NCBI GenBank assembly: GCA_028282025.1
Contig: JANQIT010000153.1
Coordinates: 4,570 to 68,569 of the forward strand
From: Hwanghaeella sp.
GTDB lineage: Bacteria > Pseudomonadota > Alphaproteobacteria > UBA8366 > Aestuariispiraceae
Direction of reading: 5' to 3'
Length of the DNA: 64,000 nucleotides
Shown: positions 27,164 to 38,379 of the stretch, one piece after another
Position numbering within the stretch: the stretch's first letter is position 1
Layout of the letters: every line of letters begins with the position of its first letter
The notes under the pieces: generated by a model
Seen by the model: only the letters and a program-made list of their open reading frames with translations
Database searches by the model: none
What the model was told of the DNA's origin: nothing
Translations under genes and position numbers: made by a program

Positions 27164-28356
27164 GTTTTGATATCCCCCTCTGTGTAAGGTTTTAAGTCGC
27201 CATTGGCAGGTGCATTGATCAGCAAAAAGAGACGTTCGCGATCGTCGGGTGCATCGCTATCGTTGCTGCCGCGGTCCTGCGCGGAAATGTACACGGTCGG
27301 TTCTGATGGAACTTCGCCGCGCTTGAAGATCGCATCGAACTCCTCTTCATAGCGATCAGAGAACAGGACCGTGTGCCCGAGCAGAGGAAAACCCGACGGG
27401 ATGGCAACGGTGCTGAAGGTCATTGCGGAGAGTGAGCGATCTGCGGCCGTGTTCGCGCCGGCCCATTTTCGGGCTTCATCACCGAGGCCGCCGATATTGA
27501 TGGATGCAAGGTCCACGTTAAGGATCGCGGCATCACCTCTATGGTCCGCCCCATCTTTGGTGAAGATGCGAAGGCCGCCCGGCTTCTCGTGAATCAGATT
27601 GTTGACGGATGCGCCGTATACGATCGTGCCGCCAAGCGAAACGATAAGCTCGGCAAGACTCCGGGCGAGCTGATGCATGCCGCCCCGAATAAACCAAACG
27701 CCCTCTTGCTCCACATGGGTTACCAACATGAGGTTCGGGGGACACATGAAGGGCGAGGAGCCGTAGTACGTCGCATATCGCCCGAACAATTGACGCAGCC
27801 GCGGATCTTGAAAGTACTTCGACAGAGCACCCCACATTGTCGTGTAAGGACGGCTCTTGAGTAGAGCGAGTGCACCGCGCACGCCTGTTCGCCGCGCGAC
27901 CGTGGCGAGATCTGTCCGCGTGGACCGCATGAACGGAAGGCCCGTATGGTCATAGAGGGCCGTCGCTTCGGCCATGAATTCCTGAAATCCCCGCGCTTCT
28001 CGCCGCCCTGCAAACTCTGCGATTGAAGCGACGGCCTCTTTCCGGTCAGCGGGAAGGTCTAGCCGGCTTCCGTCGGGCCAGCCATGCCGGGCGAGGATTG
28101 TAGCCTTTTGTAGATCAATTAGGCCTTCGAGCGTCCGGCCGACGCCGTCCAGCAACTCGTCGAAAACCCAGCGCATCGTGAAAACGGTTGGTCCCGCATC
28201 GATGGGCTGGTCCTCTACAAACACCTGGCGCATTTTTCCGCCTGGCGTGTTTTGTTTTTCAAGGACGGTGACGCCAATTCCACGCCCCAACAACGCAACG
28301 GCTGCCGACAGACCGGCAATACCGGCGCCGACGATCACGACATGGGGTTGGCTCAC
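26854..28356 (-). CDS. crtD: 1-hydroxycarotenoid 3,4-desaturase
   Basis: GAGIAGL, PGGKMR, DAGPTVFTMRWVF, DPRLRQLFGRYATY.GSSP, GLYLAGGSVHPGAGVP. Confidence 0.95.
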   Translation of the reverse strand: MSQPHVVIVGAGIAGLSAAVALLGRGIGVTVLEKQNTPGGKMRQVFVEDQPIDAGPTVFTMRWVFDELLDGVGRTLEGLIDLQKATILARHGWPDGSRLDLPADRKEAVASIAEFAGRREARGFQEFMAEATALYDHTGLPFMRSTRTDLATVARRTGVRGALALLKSRPYTTMWGALSKYFQDPRLRQLFGRYATYYGSSPFMCPPNLMLVTHVEQEGVWFIRGGMHQLARSLAELIVSLGGTIVYGASVNNLIHEKPGGLRIFTKDGADHRGDAAILNVDLASINIGGLGDEARKWAGANTAADRSLSAMTFSTVAIPSGFPLLGHTVLFSDRYEEEFDAIFKRGEVPSEPTVYISAQDRGSNDSDAPDDRERLFLLINAPANGDLKPYTEGDIKTCERDMRASLARCGLTLEQASSQRVATTPNDFETMFPGTGGALYGQASNSWGAFFARPTARTRVPGLYLAGGSVHPGAGVPTVALSGLNAAGCVTEDLALISR

Positions 28357-28369
28357 CGAATACAGCCTT

Positions 28370-28412
28370 TGTCATTGAAACGTTACACTGAATGTGTCTA
28401 TCATAACTGACA
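28370..28412. promoter_or_regulatory. Tandem PpsR palindromes in the divergent crtD/crtE promoter
   Basis: TGTCATTGAAACGTTACA (28370-87) and TGTCTATCATAACTGACA (28395-412), 7 bp apart. Confidence 0.9.
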
Positions 28413-28471
28413 CTTGATTGGCCCGCAATTGCAGTGGAGCGCCGTCGCGCTTTGCCGAACGGAGGTTGAGG

Positions 28472-29341
28472 ATGGATCTGAAGACCCGTATCGAACAAGG
28501 GCTGGAAGAAAATCTTGCGCGTTGCTGTGTCGCCGGCAGTCCTCCGCGTTTGGGTGAAGCAATGCGCTACGCGGTTTTTCCGGGAGGCGCACGCATTCGG
28601 CCGAAGCTGTGCCTGTCCGTGGCTTTGACGTGCGGCGATGATGAGCCTGCTTTGGCGACTGCCGCTGCATCGGCCATCGAGTTCCTCCATTGCGCTTCTC
28701 TGGTTCACGATGATCTTCCGATCTTCGACGACGCCGATACAAGGCGTGGCAAACCGGCGACGCATCACGCTTACAGCAGTCAGCTTGCCTTGCTGGCCGG
28801 GGACGCGTTGATCGTTCTGGCATTTGAAGCTTTGTCGCGCGCGCCGACATCTGAATGCACCAGAATGGCAAGGTTGGTGCGTATTGTCTCGGCGGCGGTT
28901 GGCATGCCGTTCGGGATTGTTGCGGGACAGGCATGGGAGTCGGAAGACGGTGCCATTCTCGCAGATTATCAACGCGCGAAGACTGGGTCCTTGTTCGCAG
29001 CGGCGACGGCGGCAGGTGCCGCGGCTGCAGGCGCTGAGGCATCCCTTTGGCAAACTTTGGGCGAACGGTTAGGCGAGGCCTATCAGGTCGCCGACGACAT
29101 CTCCGACGTGATGGGTGATCCCGACAAATTGGGTAAGCCTATCGGCCAGGACGCCACCCATGGTCGACCGAACGCGGTTGCATTGCACGGTCTCGATGGC
29201 GCAACGAGCCGACTCAAGACGCTCGTGTCTGAAGCGATTGATTCGATACCGCCGTCGCCCGGACAAGCGGCTCTGAAACGCCAGATCGTCGAAGAGTCCA
29301 AGCGGTTCATGCCGGAATCGGTAGTCGCATCCGTCGCGTAA
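28472..29341 (+). CDS. crtE: Geranylgeranyl diphosphate synthase
   Basis: PGGARIRP, SLVHDDLP.FD..D.RRG, KTG.LF, YQVADD; ATG 28472 after GGAGG. Confidence 0.95.
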   Translation: MDLKTRIEQGLEENLARCCVAGSPPRLGEAMRYAVFPGGARIRPKLCLSVALTCGDDEPALATAAASAIEFLHCASLVHDDLPIFDDADTRRGKPATHHAYSSQLALLAGDALIVLAFEALSRAPTSECTRMARLVRIVSAAVGMPFGIVAGQAWESEDGAILADYQRAKTGSLFAAATAAGAAAAGAEASLWQTLGERLGEAYQVADDISDVMGDPDKLGKPIGQDATHGRPNAVALHGLDGATSRLKTLVSEAIDSIPPSPGQAALKRQIVEESKRFMPESVVASVA

Positions 29342-30453
29342 TGCGGGGCGCGCTGATGGCCGCCGCCGCAGCCTATCTCGATAAAGTCATAGCAAGCCCG
29401 AGATTTCGGAGATTTGCCGCCGGGTTCCCGGTCCTAAGGCCTGTGGCCCGCAGACGGTCGAAAGCGCTGTTCGACCTCATGGCGGGGTTCGTCTATAGCC
29501 AAGTCCTGCTTGCCTTCACTAGGCTCGACCTGCCCAATCTCTTGCTTGAGAAACCGCGCTCATTCGAAGAGCTAATGGCATGGACGCAGTTGGACGCAGA
29601 CCATCTTCGCCGATTGCTGAAGGCCGCGAAAGCGCTGGATCTGGTGTCGTATAGAGGCCCTGACATTTACGGCCTTGGCACTGTGGGCCGAGATCTTGCG
29701 AACAACGCGGCCGCGCTCTCGATGATCGAACATCATGCTGGCTTCTATGCCGATCTGAACGATCCAATCGCGCTGCTCACGTCTGAGCAAAAGTCGACAG
29801 GCCTGAACGACTATTGGCGGTACGTATCCGAAACGGAGGCGATCCCTGAGGAGCTTGCCGCAAAATACAGCACCCTGATGTCGCAATCTCAGGAAGGCTT
29901 GTCCGAGGAGATCATCGACGACTACACCATGACCGGCCGTCGCCATATTCTCGATGTTGGCGGGGGCGATGGCACCTTTTTGCGGTGCGTCGCCGCGCGG
30001 GTTGGGCCGGAGACCGCGTTGACACTGTTCGATCTTCCCGCTGTTGCGGAAACCGCCAAGGCCAGATTGGCTGAACGAGGCCTCGAAGGCCGGATCTCGG
30101 CGGTCGGAGGGGATTTCTTAACCAGCGATTTTCCCGATGCGCCGGACCTGGTGACGCTGGTGCGCGTTTTGTTCGATCACCCCGATCGTACCGTCAGACC
30201 ATTACTGGGCAGGATTCGCGCGGCGCTTGCGCCGGACGGGGCGCTGCTGATCGCCGAACCGATGTCGGAAACCCGCGGGGGCGAGCGAATCGCCGACGCA
30301 TATTTCGGGTTCTACTTGTTGGCGATGGGGGAGGGACGGGTTCGCACTGTGGATGAGCATACCGCGTTGCTCAAAGAGGCCGGGTTCTCGCGAATTCGTC
30401 CGCTTTCGTGCCGGATGCCGCATATGATCCGTCTGATAGAGGCGCGGCCTTGA
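29341..30453 (+). CDS. crtF: Hydroxyneurosporene/demethylspheroidene O-methyltransferase
   Basis: LFDLMAGFVYSQVL, LDVGGGDGTFL, LVRVLFDH, AYFGFYLLAMG.GR. Confidence 0.94.
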   Translation: MRGALMAAAAAYLDKVIASPRFRRFAAGFPVLRPVARRRSKALFDLMAGFVYSQVLLAFTRLDLPNLLLEKPRSFEELMAWTQLDADHLRRLLKAAKALDLVSYRGPDIYGLGTVGRDLANNAAALSMIEHHAGFYADLNDPIALLTSEQKSTGLNDYWRYVSETEAIPEELAAKYSTLMSQSQEGLSEEIIDDYTMTGRRHILDVGGGDGTFLRCVAARVGPETALTLFDLPAVAETAKARLAERGLEGRISAVGGDFLTSDFPDAPDLVTLVRVLFDHPDRTVRPLLGRIRAALAPDGALLIAEPMSETRGGERIADAYFGFYLLAMGEGRVRTVDEHTALLKEAGFSRIRPLSCRMPHMIRLIEARP

Positions 30454-30490
30454 CCGAAGTTGGATGATGCCGAAGGGCGCCGGCACCCGG

Positions 30491-30559
30491 TGTCAGATTT
30501 CCTATACAAATCGACTGTACATTATAATTGACATTGTTAACTGTCTATTTACACTGACA
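30491..30559. promoter_or_regulatory. Three tandem PpsR palindromes upstream of bchC
   Basis: TGTCAGATTTCCTATACA (30491-508), TGTACATTATAATTGACA (30516-533), TGTCTATTTACACTGACA (30542-559); spacers 7 and 8 bp. Confidence 0.9.
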
Positions 30560-30669
30560 GATGCGATGGTGGGCTTGGCGTCATGTTAAGGGCCAACACC
30601 GCAAAAATGAGACAGGTCGACACCTTCGCACCGGACCTTGCTGACAAAAGGTCTCTGAAGGGATGGGAA

Positions 30670-31605
30670 ATGCAGGCGCACGCCGTAGTTTTTGAGAAGC
30701 CTGGAACAGTGACGGTCCAGGACCTCGCGCTGGACGACATGGGGCCGGCGGATGTGCTGGTCGATGTTGCCTGGAGTGGGATCAGTACCGGCACCGAGCG
30801 CCTGTTGTGGGCCGGCAAGATGCCGCCCTTTCCCGGTATGGGTTATCCATTGGTTCCCGGATACGAGTCGGTCGGCCGCGTGCGCGAGGCAGGGGCGGAC
30901 GCACATCATCGTCCAGGCGATTGGGTGTTTGTTCCCGGTGCCTCCTGTTTCGGGCCGGTAAAGGGATTGTTTGGCGGCGCCGCCGAAACGCTGGTGATCA
31001 AAGACAGCCGCGCGGTGTCGATTAGGGAAGATCTGAAAGATCAAGGAGTCCTGCTCGCCCTGGCGGCAACGGCCAGACACGCCGTTGCAGGTCACACACC
31101 CCCCGATCTTATCGTAGGGCATGGAGTTTTGGGACGCTTGCTGGCCCGGTTAACGGTCGCCCTCGGTCATCCTGCGCCTACGGTGTGGGAGGCAAATCCT
31201 GCACGCCGGTCGGGCGCACTCGGATACGCGGTTGTCGACCCCGAAGAAGATCCAAAGAGCGACTATAGCGCCATCTACGATGTCAGCGGCGACAGCGGAT
31301 TGCTGGATGCGCTGATCGGCAGGCTGGCACCCGGCGGGGAAGTTGTGCTGGCCGGCTTCTACGATCAGCGGCTCAGCTTTGCCCACGTCCCCGCGTTCTT
31401 GAAAGAGGCGCGCCTTCGGGTTGCCGCGGAATGGAAGCCAGCGGATCTGGCGGTCACCGCGCAGTTGATCAATAACGGCGCCCTGCCTCTGGACAACCTG
31501 ATCACAAGCCGGGTCGATGCTTCCCACGCTGAGGATGCCTACGCCACGGTGTTCGAGGATTCTGACTGTCTGAAGATGGTCCTAAACTGGAGAAACTTGC
31601 AATGA
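30670..31605 (+). CDS. bchC: 3-hydroxyethyl bacteriochlorophyllide a dehydrogenase
   Basis: [48 protein letters not shown]; ATG 30670 lies downstream of the PpsR sites. Confidence 0.96.
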   Translation: MQAHAVVFEKPGTVTVQDLALDDMGPADVLVDVAWSGISTGTERLLWAGKMPPFPGMGYPLVPGYESVGRVREAGADAHHRPGDWVFVPGASCFGPVKGLFGGAAETLVIKDSRAVSIREDLKDQGVLLALAATARHAVAGHTPPDLIVGHGVLGRLLARLTVALGHPAPTVWEANPARRSGALGYAVVDPEEDPKSDYSAIYDVSGDSGLLDALIGRLAPGGEVVLAGFYDQRLSFAHVPAFLKEARLRVAAEWKPADLAVTAQLINNGALPLDNLITSRVDASHAEDAYATVFEDSDCLKMVLNWRNLQ

Positions 31606-32582
31606 CGTCGATGACCGATGCCTTGCGTGCTGAAGCCGCAATCGATCCCGATCCGGTACCGACCGCGGTGCCCACCAAGGATACGCAAATCATTGCGATC
31701 TACGGCAAAGGCGGTATCGGCAAGTCATTCACGCTTTCAAACCTCAGCTACATGATGGCGCAGCAAGGCAAGAAGGTTCTCCTGATCGGATGTGATCCCA
31801 AGTCCGACACCACATCATTGTTGTTTGGCGGTAAAAGCTGCCCGACCATCATCGAGACATCGAGCCGCAAGAAGGCGGCTGGGGAAGAAGTGGAAATCGG
31901 CGACATCTGCTTTGTCCGCGATGGTGTCTATGCGATGGAACTTGGGGGGCCCGAGGTAGGCCGTGGGTGTGGCGGCCGCGGAATCATCCATGGCTTCGAG
32001 CTGATGGAGAAGTTCGGATTCCACGACTGGGATTTTGACTACGTCCTCCTGGACTTCCTGGGTGATGTGGTCTGCGGCGGGTTCGGACTGCCGATTGCGC
32101 GAGACATGTGTCAGAAAGTCATCGTTGTTGGTTCGAACGACCTGCAAAGCCTGTATGTCGCAAACAACGTCTGTTCTGCCGTCCAATACTTCCGGAAACT
32201 GGGCGGCAATGTCGGTGTTGCCGGCATGGTGGTGAACAAGGATGACGGTACCGGTGAGGCGCAGGCCTTCGCGGACGCGGTCGGCATCCCGGTATTGTCC
32301 TCGATCCCGGCGGATGAGGACATCCGGCGCAAGAGCGCAAATTACGAGATTATTGGGAAGCCTGATAGCCCCTGGGCTGGGCTATTCGAGACCCTAGCTG
32401 AAAATGCGGCTGAGGCGCCGCCACAACACCCGACGGCACTGGATCAGGACGCATTGCTCGGCCTATTCAAGAGCGAAGATGTCGGGCGTGATGTCGTGCT
32501 GACACCGGCACGGCTGGAAGATATGTGCGCAACCCGGGCGACCGAGAAGGCAAGCCTGGAAGTGATCTATGACACGGTATGA
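31602..32582 (+). CDS. bchX: Chlorophyllide a reductase iron protein X
   Basis: [35 protein letters not shown]-terminal SLEVIYD. Confidence 0.98.
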   Translation: MTSMTDALRAEAAIDPDPVPTAVPTKDTQIIAIYGKGGIGKSFTLSNLSYMMAQQGKKVLLIGCDPKSDTTSLLFGGKSCPTIIETSSRKKAAGEEVEIGDICFVRDGVYAMELGGPEVGRGCGGRGIIHGFELMEKFGFHDWDFDYVLLDFLGDVVCGGFGLPIARDMCQKVIVVGSNDLQSLYVANNVCSAVQYFRKLGGNVGVAGMVVNKDDGTGEAQAFADAVGIPVLSSIPADEDIRRKSANYEIIGKPDSPWAGLFETLAENAAEAPPQHPTALDQDALLGLFKSEDVGRDVVLTPARLEDMCATRATEKASLEVIYDTV

Positions 32583-32602
32583 GGTGAGCGGGCGTTACTG
32601 CA

Positions 32603-34177
32603 ATGAATGAGATTTCCCCAGATCGTCCCGTCGTCGACACCACTGCAGAAGGATCTGCGGTTGTTGAGCCCGACGAAGCCGTGGTTCAGGGGCGTGGCTG
32701 TCATGGCGGGGAAGAGCACCTCATCAAGGCTGCCAAGGACGCAGGGAAATCCGACCTGCTGGACCAGTACGCGCGAGACTACCCACAAGGACCGCACGAC
32801 AAGCCGCAAAGTATGTGCCCGGCATTTGGGTCGTTGCGTGTCGGCCTGCGCATGCGCCGGACCGCGACCGTTCTTTCCGGTTCGGCCTGCTGTGTGTACG
32901 GGCTGACTTTCACGAGCCATTTCTATGGAGCGCGGCGGTCCGTCGGGTACGTTCCGTTCAACTCGGAAACATTGGTCACTGGAAAGCTCTACGAGGACAT
33001 TCGGGACGCTGTTGAGGTCATGGCGGATCCGGAGCGATATGACGCGATTGTCGTCACGAACCTCTGTGTGCCGACGGCTTCCGGCGTGCCGCTGCAAATG
33101 CTGCCGAAGCAGATCAACGGGGTACGGATTGTTGGGATCGACGTTCCGGGCTTTGGCATACCCACGCACGCCGAAGCTAAGGATGTGTTGGCGTCCGCGA
33201 TGCTGAAGTACGCACGTAGTGAAATTGATGCGGGTCCGGTGCAAGCACCGGAGCGTGTTGTCCGTGATCGCCCATGTATTGCCCTGCTGGGGGAAATGTT
33301 CCCCGCGGACCCTATCGGGATTGCGCGGATGCTTGATCCATTGGGGATAGCGCTTGGTCCGGTCGTTCCGACACGTGAGTGGCGGGAACTGTACGCCGCG
33401 CTGGACTGTCGTGCGGCAGCCGCAATACATCCGTTCTACACCGCGACGGTCAGAGAATTTGAAGAGGCAGGACGTGCCATCATCCCGTCGGCCCCGATTG
33501 GGAAAGAGGGTACCAGCGAATGGCTGGATGCGGTCGCAGACGCGTTTGCCATTCCGCAAGCCAAGTCGGATGCGGCGAAGAACGCGGTTCTCCCGGTGAT
33601 ATCCGATGCGTTGAAAGACTCACTGATCAAGGGTCGCGTGACGTTGAGCGGTTACGAGGGATCGGAACTCCTGGTGGCGCGGCTGTTGGTCGAAAGCGGC
33701 GCGGACCTGCGCTATGTGGGCACGGCTTGTCCGCGCACCCGTTGGTCCGACCCGGATCGTGAATGGCTCGAGGCAAAAGGTGTTCACGTCAATTACCGCG
33801 CATCGCTGGAACAGGACCTTGCCGCAGTTGAAGAATTCAACCCGGACCTGGCGATCGGAACGACCCCCGTTGTGCAGAAGGCTAAGGAAAAAGCGATACC
33901 GTCGCTTTACTTCACCAATCTGATTTCCGCTCGTCCCTTGCTCGGCGCCGCGGGTGCCGGACAGTTGGGCGCGATCATAAACGCTGCGATTGGCAACAAG
34001 TCGCGGTTCGACGAAATGCGGTCGTTCTTCGAAGGTGTGGGAACACACGATACGGCCGGGATCTGGGAAGACACTCCCACGATCAACTCAGAATTCCGAC
34101 GGAAAAACGCGAAACGAAGAGAGAACGCACAAAAGGCTGCCAAATCCGACCGGGTCGAAGGAGCGATCGGATGCTGA
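32603..34177 (+). CDS. bchY: Chlorophyllide a reductase subunit Y
   Basis: [35 protein letters not shown]. Confidence 0.97.
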   Translation: MNEISPDRPVVDTTAEGSAVVEPDEAVVQGRGCHGGEEHLIKAAKDAGKSDLLDQYARDYPQGPHDKPQSMCPAFGSLRVGLRMRRTATVLSGSACCVYGLTFTSHFYGARRSVGYVPFNSETLVTGKLYEDIRDAVEVMADPERYDAIVVTNLCVPTASGVPLQMLPKQINGVRIVGIDVPGFGIPTHAEAKDVLASAMLKYARSEIDAGPVQAPERVVRDRPCIALLGEMFPADPIGIARMLDPLGIALGPVVPTREWRELYAALDCRAAAAIHPFYTATVREFEEAGRAIIPSAPIGKEGTSEWLDAVADAFAIPQAKSDAAKNAVLPVISDALKDSLIKGRVTLSGYEGSELLVARLLVESGADLRYVGTACPRTRWSDPDREWLEAKGVHVNYRASLEQDLAAVEEFNPDLAIGTTPVVQKAKEKAIPSLYFTNLISARPLLGAAGAGQLGAIINAAIGNKSRFDEMRSFFEGVGTHDTAGIWEDTPTINSEFRRKNAKRRENAQKAAKSDRVEGAIGC

Positions 34178-35628
34178 TCCAGGATCATGACAGGGCAGGC
34201 GGATACTGGGGGGCGGTCTACGCGTTCACAGCGATTAAGGGATTGCAGGTTGTCATCGATGGTCCGGTTGGGTGCGAGAATCTGCCGGTGACGTCGGTCC
34301 TGCATTACACCGACGGATTGCCGCCGCACGAGTTGCCGATCGTCGTTACCGGGTTGGGCGAAGACGAGTTGGGCCAGCATGGGACCGAAGAGTCCATGAA
34401 GCGGGCGCATCAGGTCCTCGATCCCGACTTGCCGGCGGTTGTGGTGACCGGCTCCATCGCGGAAATGATTGGCGGGGGGGTCACACCTGAGGGGACCAAC
34501 ATCAAGCGGTTTTTGCCGCGCACGATCGATGAGGATCAGTGGCAGAGCGCGGATCGTGCCTTGAACTGGCTGTGGAGCGAGTTTGCGGCCCCGAAAGGCC
34601 GTATGCCCAAAGCGCGGAAGCGACCGGAAGATTCCGCTCCCTTGGTGAATATCATCGGACCGGCCTATGGAGTGTTCAATATGCCGTCCGATCTCGCGGA
34701 GATTCGTCGCCTTGTTGAAGGTATCGGGGCGGAGGTGAACATGGTCTTCCCGCTGACCAGTCACGTCGCCGACGTCGCCCGCCTGGTGGATGCGGACGCG
34801 AATATATGCATGTACCGGGAATATGGACGCATCCTGTGTGAGACGCTTGAGAAACCTTACTTCCAAGCGCCGGTAGGACTGACTTCCACGACGAAGTTTT
34901 TGCGGTCGTTGGGCGAGGTGCTCGGGTTGGATCCGGAACCCTTCATAGAGCGAGAGAAGAATACCACGTTGAAGCCGCTCTGGGATCTGTGGCGGTCGGT
35001 TACCCAGGACTTCTTCGGAACGGCGAGCTTTGGAATAGTCGCCAACGAGACATACGCGCGCGGATTGACCAATTTCTTGGAAAATGACCTTGGGCTGCCG
35101 TGCACTTTCTCGTTCTCAAGAACGGCCGGACAGAAACCGGATAACGACGCGGTCCGGCAAGCGGTTCACGAGAAAACGCCTCTCGTGCTGTTCGGCAGTT
35201 ACAATGAACGGATGTACCTGGCCGAAATAGGTGGTCGGGGAACCTTTGTCCCGGCCTCGTTCCCGGGCACGTTCATACGGCGGCACACTGGCAGCCCGTT
35301 CATGGGGTATTCGGGCGCGACCTTTGTCCTGCAGGAAGTATGCAACGCCCTCTTCGACACGCTGTTTCATATCCTTCCGATCGGGGCGGATTTGGACAAG
35401 AACGAAGCGACGCCAGCCAGATTGAAAATGGATCTACCTTGGGAAGGTGATGCGCAAGAAGCGTTGGACCAGTTGGTCCAAATTTACCCTGTGATCAGCC
35501 GAATTTCAGCGGCGAAACGTCTTCGCGATGCCGCAGAAACATGCGCCCAAAAGGCACAGCGGACGACAGTGACACTCGAAGATTTACGAGAGGCTCGATC
35601 GAGCCTCATGCGGGGGCAGGCGGCTTGA
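34171..35628 (+). CDS. bchZ: Chlorophyllide a reductase subunit Z
   Basis: [34 protein letters not shown]-terminal PCP_red-like domain. Confidence 0.97.
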   Translation: MLIQDHDRAGGYWGAVYAFTAIKGLQVVIDGPVGCENLPVTSVLHYTDGLPPHELPIVVTGLGEDELGQHGTEESMKRAHQVLDPDLPAVVVTGSIAEMIGGGVTPEGTNIKRFLPRTIDEDQWQSADRALNWLWSEFAAPKGRMPKARKRPEDSAPLVNIIGPAYGVFNMPSDLAEIRRLVEGIGAEVNMVFPLTSHVADVARLVDADANICMYREYGRILCETLEKPYFQAPVGLTSTTKFLRSLGEVLGLDPEPFIEREKNTTLKPLWDLWRSVTQDFFGTASFGIVANETYARGLTNFLENDLGLPCTFSFSRTAGQKPDNDAVRQAVHEKTPLVLFGSYNERMYLAEIGGRGTFVPASFPGTFIRRHTGSPFMGYSGATFVLQEVCNALFDTLFHILPIGADLDKNEATPARLKMDLPWEGDAQEALDQLVQIYPVISRISAAKRLRDAAETCAQKAQRTTVTLEDLREARSSLMRGQAA

Positions 35629-35671
35629 ACCGCGTTCCCAATATTTGGAGGAAGGCCGAAAGGACCGAGTA

Positions 35672-35911
35672 ATGGCAATCAACATTTCAGATAGCGCAGG
35701 GACGGGACAAGACGGGATGAGCGGAGAGGTCTTCGAGTACCGCCTCATGCTGTTCGTTGTATTCGCGATCTTCCTGGGCGTTGTTGTTGTGTCACGTACA
35801 GCGATTTGGCGGTGGCGTGCCTTCGGTGGCAATGGATACGACGGCAAGTCGATCGTCCATCAGGCACGCTTGATGACATATAGCACCGTGCCGTTTGTGT
35901 TTATGCGCTGA
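35672..35911 (+). CDS. pufQ: PufQ regulatory membrane protein
   Basis: Between bchZ and pufB; EYRL..F..F TM segment and C-terminal A....VPFVFM; ATG 35672 after AAGGA. Confidence 0.8.
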   Translation: MAINISDSAGTGQDGMSGEVFEYRLMLFVVFAIFLGVVVVSRTAIWRWRAFGGNGYDGKSIVHQARLMTYSTVPFVFMR

Positions 35912-35929
35912 CCGACAAGTGCAACAGAG

Positions 35930-35955
35930 TTTCATTCGGGATTTCCCGAATGAAA
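35930..35955 (+). promoter_or_regulatory. Stem-loop in the pufQ-pufB intercistronic region
   Basis: Perfect 11-bp inverted repeat TTTCATTCGGG-attt-CCCGAATGAAA. Confidence 0.7.
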
Positions 35956-36040
35956 GACCGTCCGGAGTTCTCCGGGGGGACCCTCGCCGGGCAGGGTAAG
36001 CGCGGTAACGGCCTTCAGGCCACTTGAAGGAGGTAGAGAT

Positions 36041-36250
36041 ATGGCGGAATCCATGTCTGGCCTTTCCGAAAAGGAAGCTGAAGAGTTCCACAAGTACTAC
36101 ATGCAGGGTTTCTTGCTCTTCACTGTGGTTGCAGTGGTTGCTCACTTCCTCGTTTGGACCTGGCGACCTTGGTTTCAGGGTGACGGTGGTGCGACTGCAT
36201 CGCTCGATCCCAACTCGGTTGTCACTACGCTCACCACTCTAATCGGATAG
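36041..36250 (+). CDS. pufB: LH1 beta subunit
   Basis: [26 protein letters not shown]; AGGAGG RBS. Confidence 0.97.
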   Translation: MAESMSGLSEKEAEEFHKYYMQGFLLFTVVAVVAHFLVWTWRPWFQGDGGATASLDPNSVVTTLTTLIG

Positions 36251-36262
36251 GAGGAGAAAAAT

Positions 36263-36397
36263 ATGTGGCGCATATGGCTAGTATTCGATCCTCGCCGAGT
36301 GCTGGTGGCACAAGGCGTATTCCTGTTCTCGCTAGCAGCACTGATTCACTTCGTGCTGTTGAGTACGGAACGCTTCAACTGGCTGCAAAACCCGTAA
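36263..36397 (+). CDS. pufA: LH1 alpha subunit, 44 aa (not in ORF track)
   Basis: [44 protein letters not shown]; BChl-ligating His and NW motif; GGAGGAG RBS. Confidence 0.97.
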   Translation: MWRIWLVFDPRRVLVAQGVFLFSLAALIHFVLLSTERFNWLQNP

Positions 36398-36422
36398 CTG
36401 GGATTTGCGACCAGCAACCTCA

Positions 36423-36457
36423 GGTCTGGATCGTGCACTAACAGCAGGGTCCAGACC
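36423..36457 (+). promoter_or_regulatory. pufA-pufL intercistronic stem-loop (probable mRNA stabiliser)
   Basis: GGTCTGGATC-G-TGC / GCA-G-GGTCCAGACC stem with a 7-nt loop; same position as the pufBA-stabilising hairpin in Rhodobacter. Confidence 0.7.
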
Positions 36458-36570
36458 GAGAGGGGTTCGGGTCACGATCCGCGGCACACAAGCGTGCTTT
36501 CGAATCGTAAACTCGATTGGACACTTTGAGAACCGGCCATTGGCCGAAGAGCACTCCGGGGGTTTGAGCG

Positions 36571-37395
36571 ATGGCTTTGCTCAACTACGAAAAGAAATAC
36601 CGGGTCCGAGGTGGTACTCTCATTGGAGGGGACTTATTCGATTTCTGGGTCGGACCCTTCTACGTTGGCTTTTTCGGAGTGCTGACGGCCTTCTTTGCCG
36701 GCCTTGGTACGGTTCTTATCATCTGGGGCGCCTCGCAAGGCGATACCTGGAACGTCTGGCAAATCAATATTGCGCCGCCGGACTTGTCGTACGGCCTGGC
36801 GTTGGCGCCGTTGATGGAAGGCGGGCTTTGGCAAATCATCACGATCTGCGCAATTGGAGCCTTTGGATCTTGGGCTCTTCGTGAAGTCGAAATTTGCAAC
36901 AAGCTGGGTATCGGTTATCACGTGCCCTTCGCCTTCAGCTTCGCGATTTTCGCGTATGTGACCCTGGTTGTTATCCGGCCACTTCTGCTCGGCGCGTGGG
37001 GGCATGGCTTTCCGTATGGCATTCTCAGTCATTTGGATTGGGTCTCAAATGTTGGGTACCAATACCTGCACTTCCATTACAACCCGGCGCATATGATCGC
37101 GATAACGTTCTTCTTCACCACATGCCTCGCATTGGCACTGCATGGTGCGCTGATCCTGTCGTCGGTAAACCCTGCGAAAGATGAAGAGATCAAGACTGCA
37201 GAGCATGAAAACTCCTACTTCCGCGACAGCATCGGTTACTCCGTCGGGACCCTGGGCATTCACCGCCTCGGTGTTTTCTTGGCATTGAGCGCCGTGTTCT
37301 GGAGTGCTGTCTGCATTGTTATCAGTGGGCCGGTGTGGACCCGCGGCTGGCCGGAATGGTGGAACTGGTGGCTCAGTCTGCCATTTTGGAGTTAG
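36571..37395 (+). CDS. pufL: Reaction centre L subunit
   Basis: [34 protein letters not shown]. Confidence 0.99.
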   Translation: MALLNYEKKYRVRGGTLIGGDLFDFWVGPFYVGFFGVLTAFFAGLGTVLIIWGASQGDTWNVWQINIAPPDLSYGLALAPLMEGGLWQIITICAIGAFGSWALREVEICNKLGIGYHVPFAFSFAIFAYVTLVVIRPLLLGAWGHGFPYGILSHLDWVSNVGYQYLHFHYNPAHMIAITFFFTTCLALALHGALILSSVNPAKDEEIKTAEHENSYFRDSIGYSVGTLGIHRLGVFLALSAVFWSAVCIVISGPVWTRGWPEWWNWWLSLPFWS

Positions 37396-37404
37396 GGGGC
37401 TACG

Positions 37405-38379
37405 ATGATGATCGAATACCAAAATATCTTCACCCGGGTTCAGGTCGAGGGAAAACCTGACCTGGGTGTTGTTGCCGGAGACAGCCCTGTTTGGCGGGGC
37501 AAGAAGACTTCGGAGATAACGCTACTTGGGCGGATTGGGGACGCACAAATCGGGCCGTTCTATTTGGGCTTTACGGGCGTGGCGTCGATTGCGGCGGGGC
37601 TGACGGCATTCTTGATCATCGGCTTCAATATGTGGGCCTCGGTGAACTGGAATCCGCAAGAATTTATCAAGCAGTTGTTCTGGCTGTCCCTGGACCCGCC
37701 GTCACCGAAGTATGGCCTTTCCTTCCCGCCTATGAATGACGGTGGCTGGTTCTTGGTCGCGGGCTTCTTCTTCACTGCGTCGGTCTTTCTTTGGTGGACG
37801 CGTGTCTATACCCGCGCCAGGGCGCACGGAATGGGAACACATGTGGCGTGGGCATTCGCTTCTGCCATATGGTTGTTCCTGGTCTTAGGGTTCATTCGGC
37901 CGGTCTTGATGGGAAGCTGGGCAGAAGCGGTGCCCTACGGAATCTTCTCGCATTTGGATTGGACGGCGGCATTTTCCATTCGCTACGGAAACCTGTTCTA
38001 CAACCCCTTCCATATGCTCTCGATCGCGTTCTTGTACGGCTCGGCTCTATTGTTTGCGATGCATGGTGCGACGATCCTGGCGGTGACCCGCTATGGAGGT
38101 GACCGGGAGATTGAACAGATTGTCGATCGGGGAACGGCCTCCGAACGCGCAGCTTTGTTCTGGCGCTGGACGATGGGTTTCAACGCTTCAATGGAGTCAA
38201 TTCACCGTTGGGCTTGGTGGTTCGCTGTTCTAACAACACTGACCGGCGGGATTGGAATCCTGCTAACCGGCACGGTGGTTGATAATTGGTACCTTTGGGC
38301 GGTTAAGCATGGTGTCGCACCGAGCTATCCGCCGGTGTGGGATCCGATCACGGTAGATCCAATGGCAGGAGGCAACTGA
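37405..38379 (+). CDS. pufM: Reaction centre M subunit
   Basis: [45 protein letters not shown]; C-terminal extension typical of cytochrome-bearing RCs. Confidence 0.99.
   Translation: MMIEYQNIFTRVQVEGKPDLGVVAGDSPVWRGKKTSEITLLGRIGDAQIGPFYLGFTGVASIAAGLTAFLIIGFNMWASVNWNPQEFIKQLFWLSLDPPSPKYGLSFPPMNDGGWFLVAGFFFTASVFLWWTRVYTRARAHGMGTHVAWAFASAIWLFLVLGFIRPVLMGSWAEAVPYGIFSHLDWTAAFSIRYGNLFYNPFHMLSIAFLYGSALLFAMHGATILAVTRYGGDREIEQIVDRGTASERAALFWRWTMGFNASMESIHRWAWWFAVLTTLTGGIGILLTGTVVDNWYLWAVKHGVAPSYPPVWDPITVDPMAGGN

Noticed and set aside
19116-34866. Long antisense ORFs (19116-20156, 32567-33559, 33907-34866 and similar)
   Set aside because: Shadows of conserved bch/crt genes expected at this GC content; no motifs
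36405-36884. 159-aa ORF spanning the pufA-pufL gap as a pufX-like gene
   Set aside because: TTG start, out-of-frame overlap with pufL, no TM pattern
36571-38379. Unusual reaction-centre cofactor ligands
   Set aside because: Special-pair His, Fe ligands and the residues equivalent to L168 His, M197 Phe, M210 Tyr and M214 Leu look canonical for a BChl a RC
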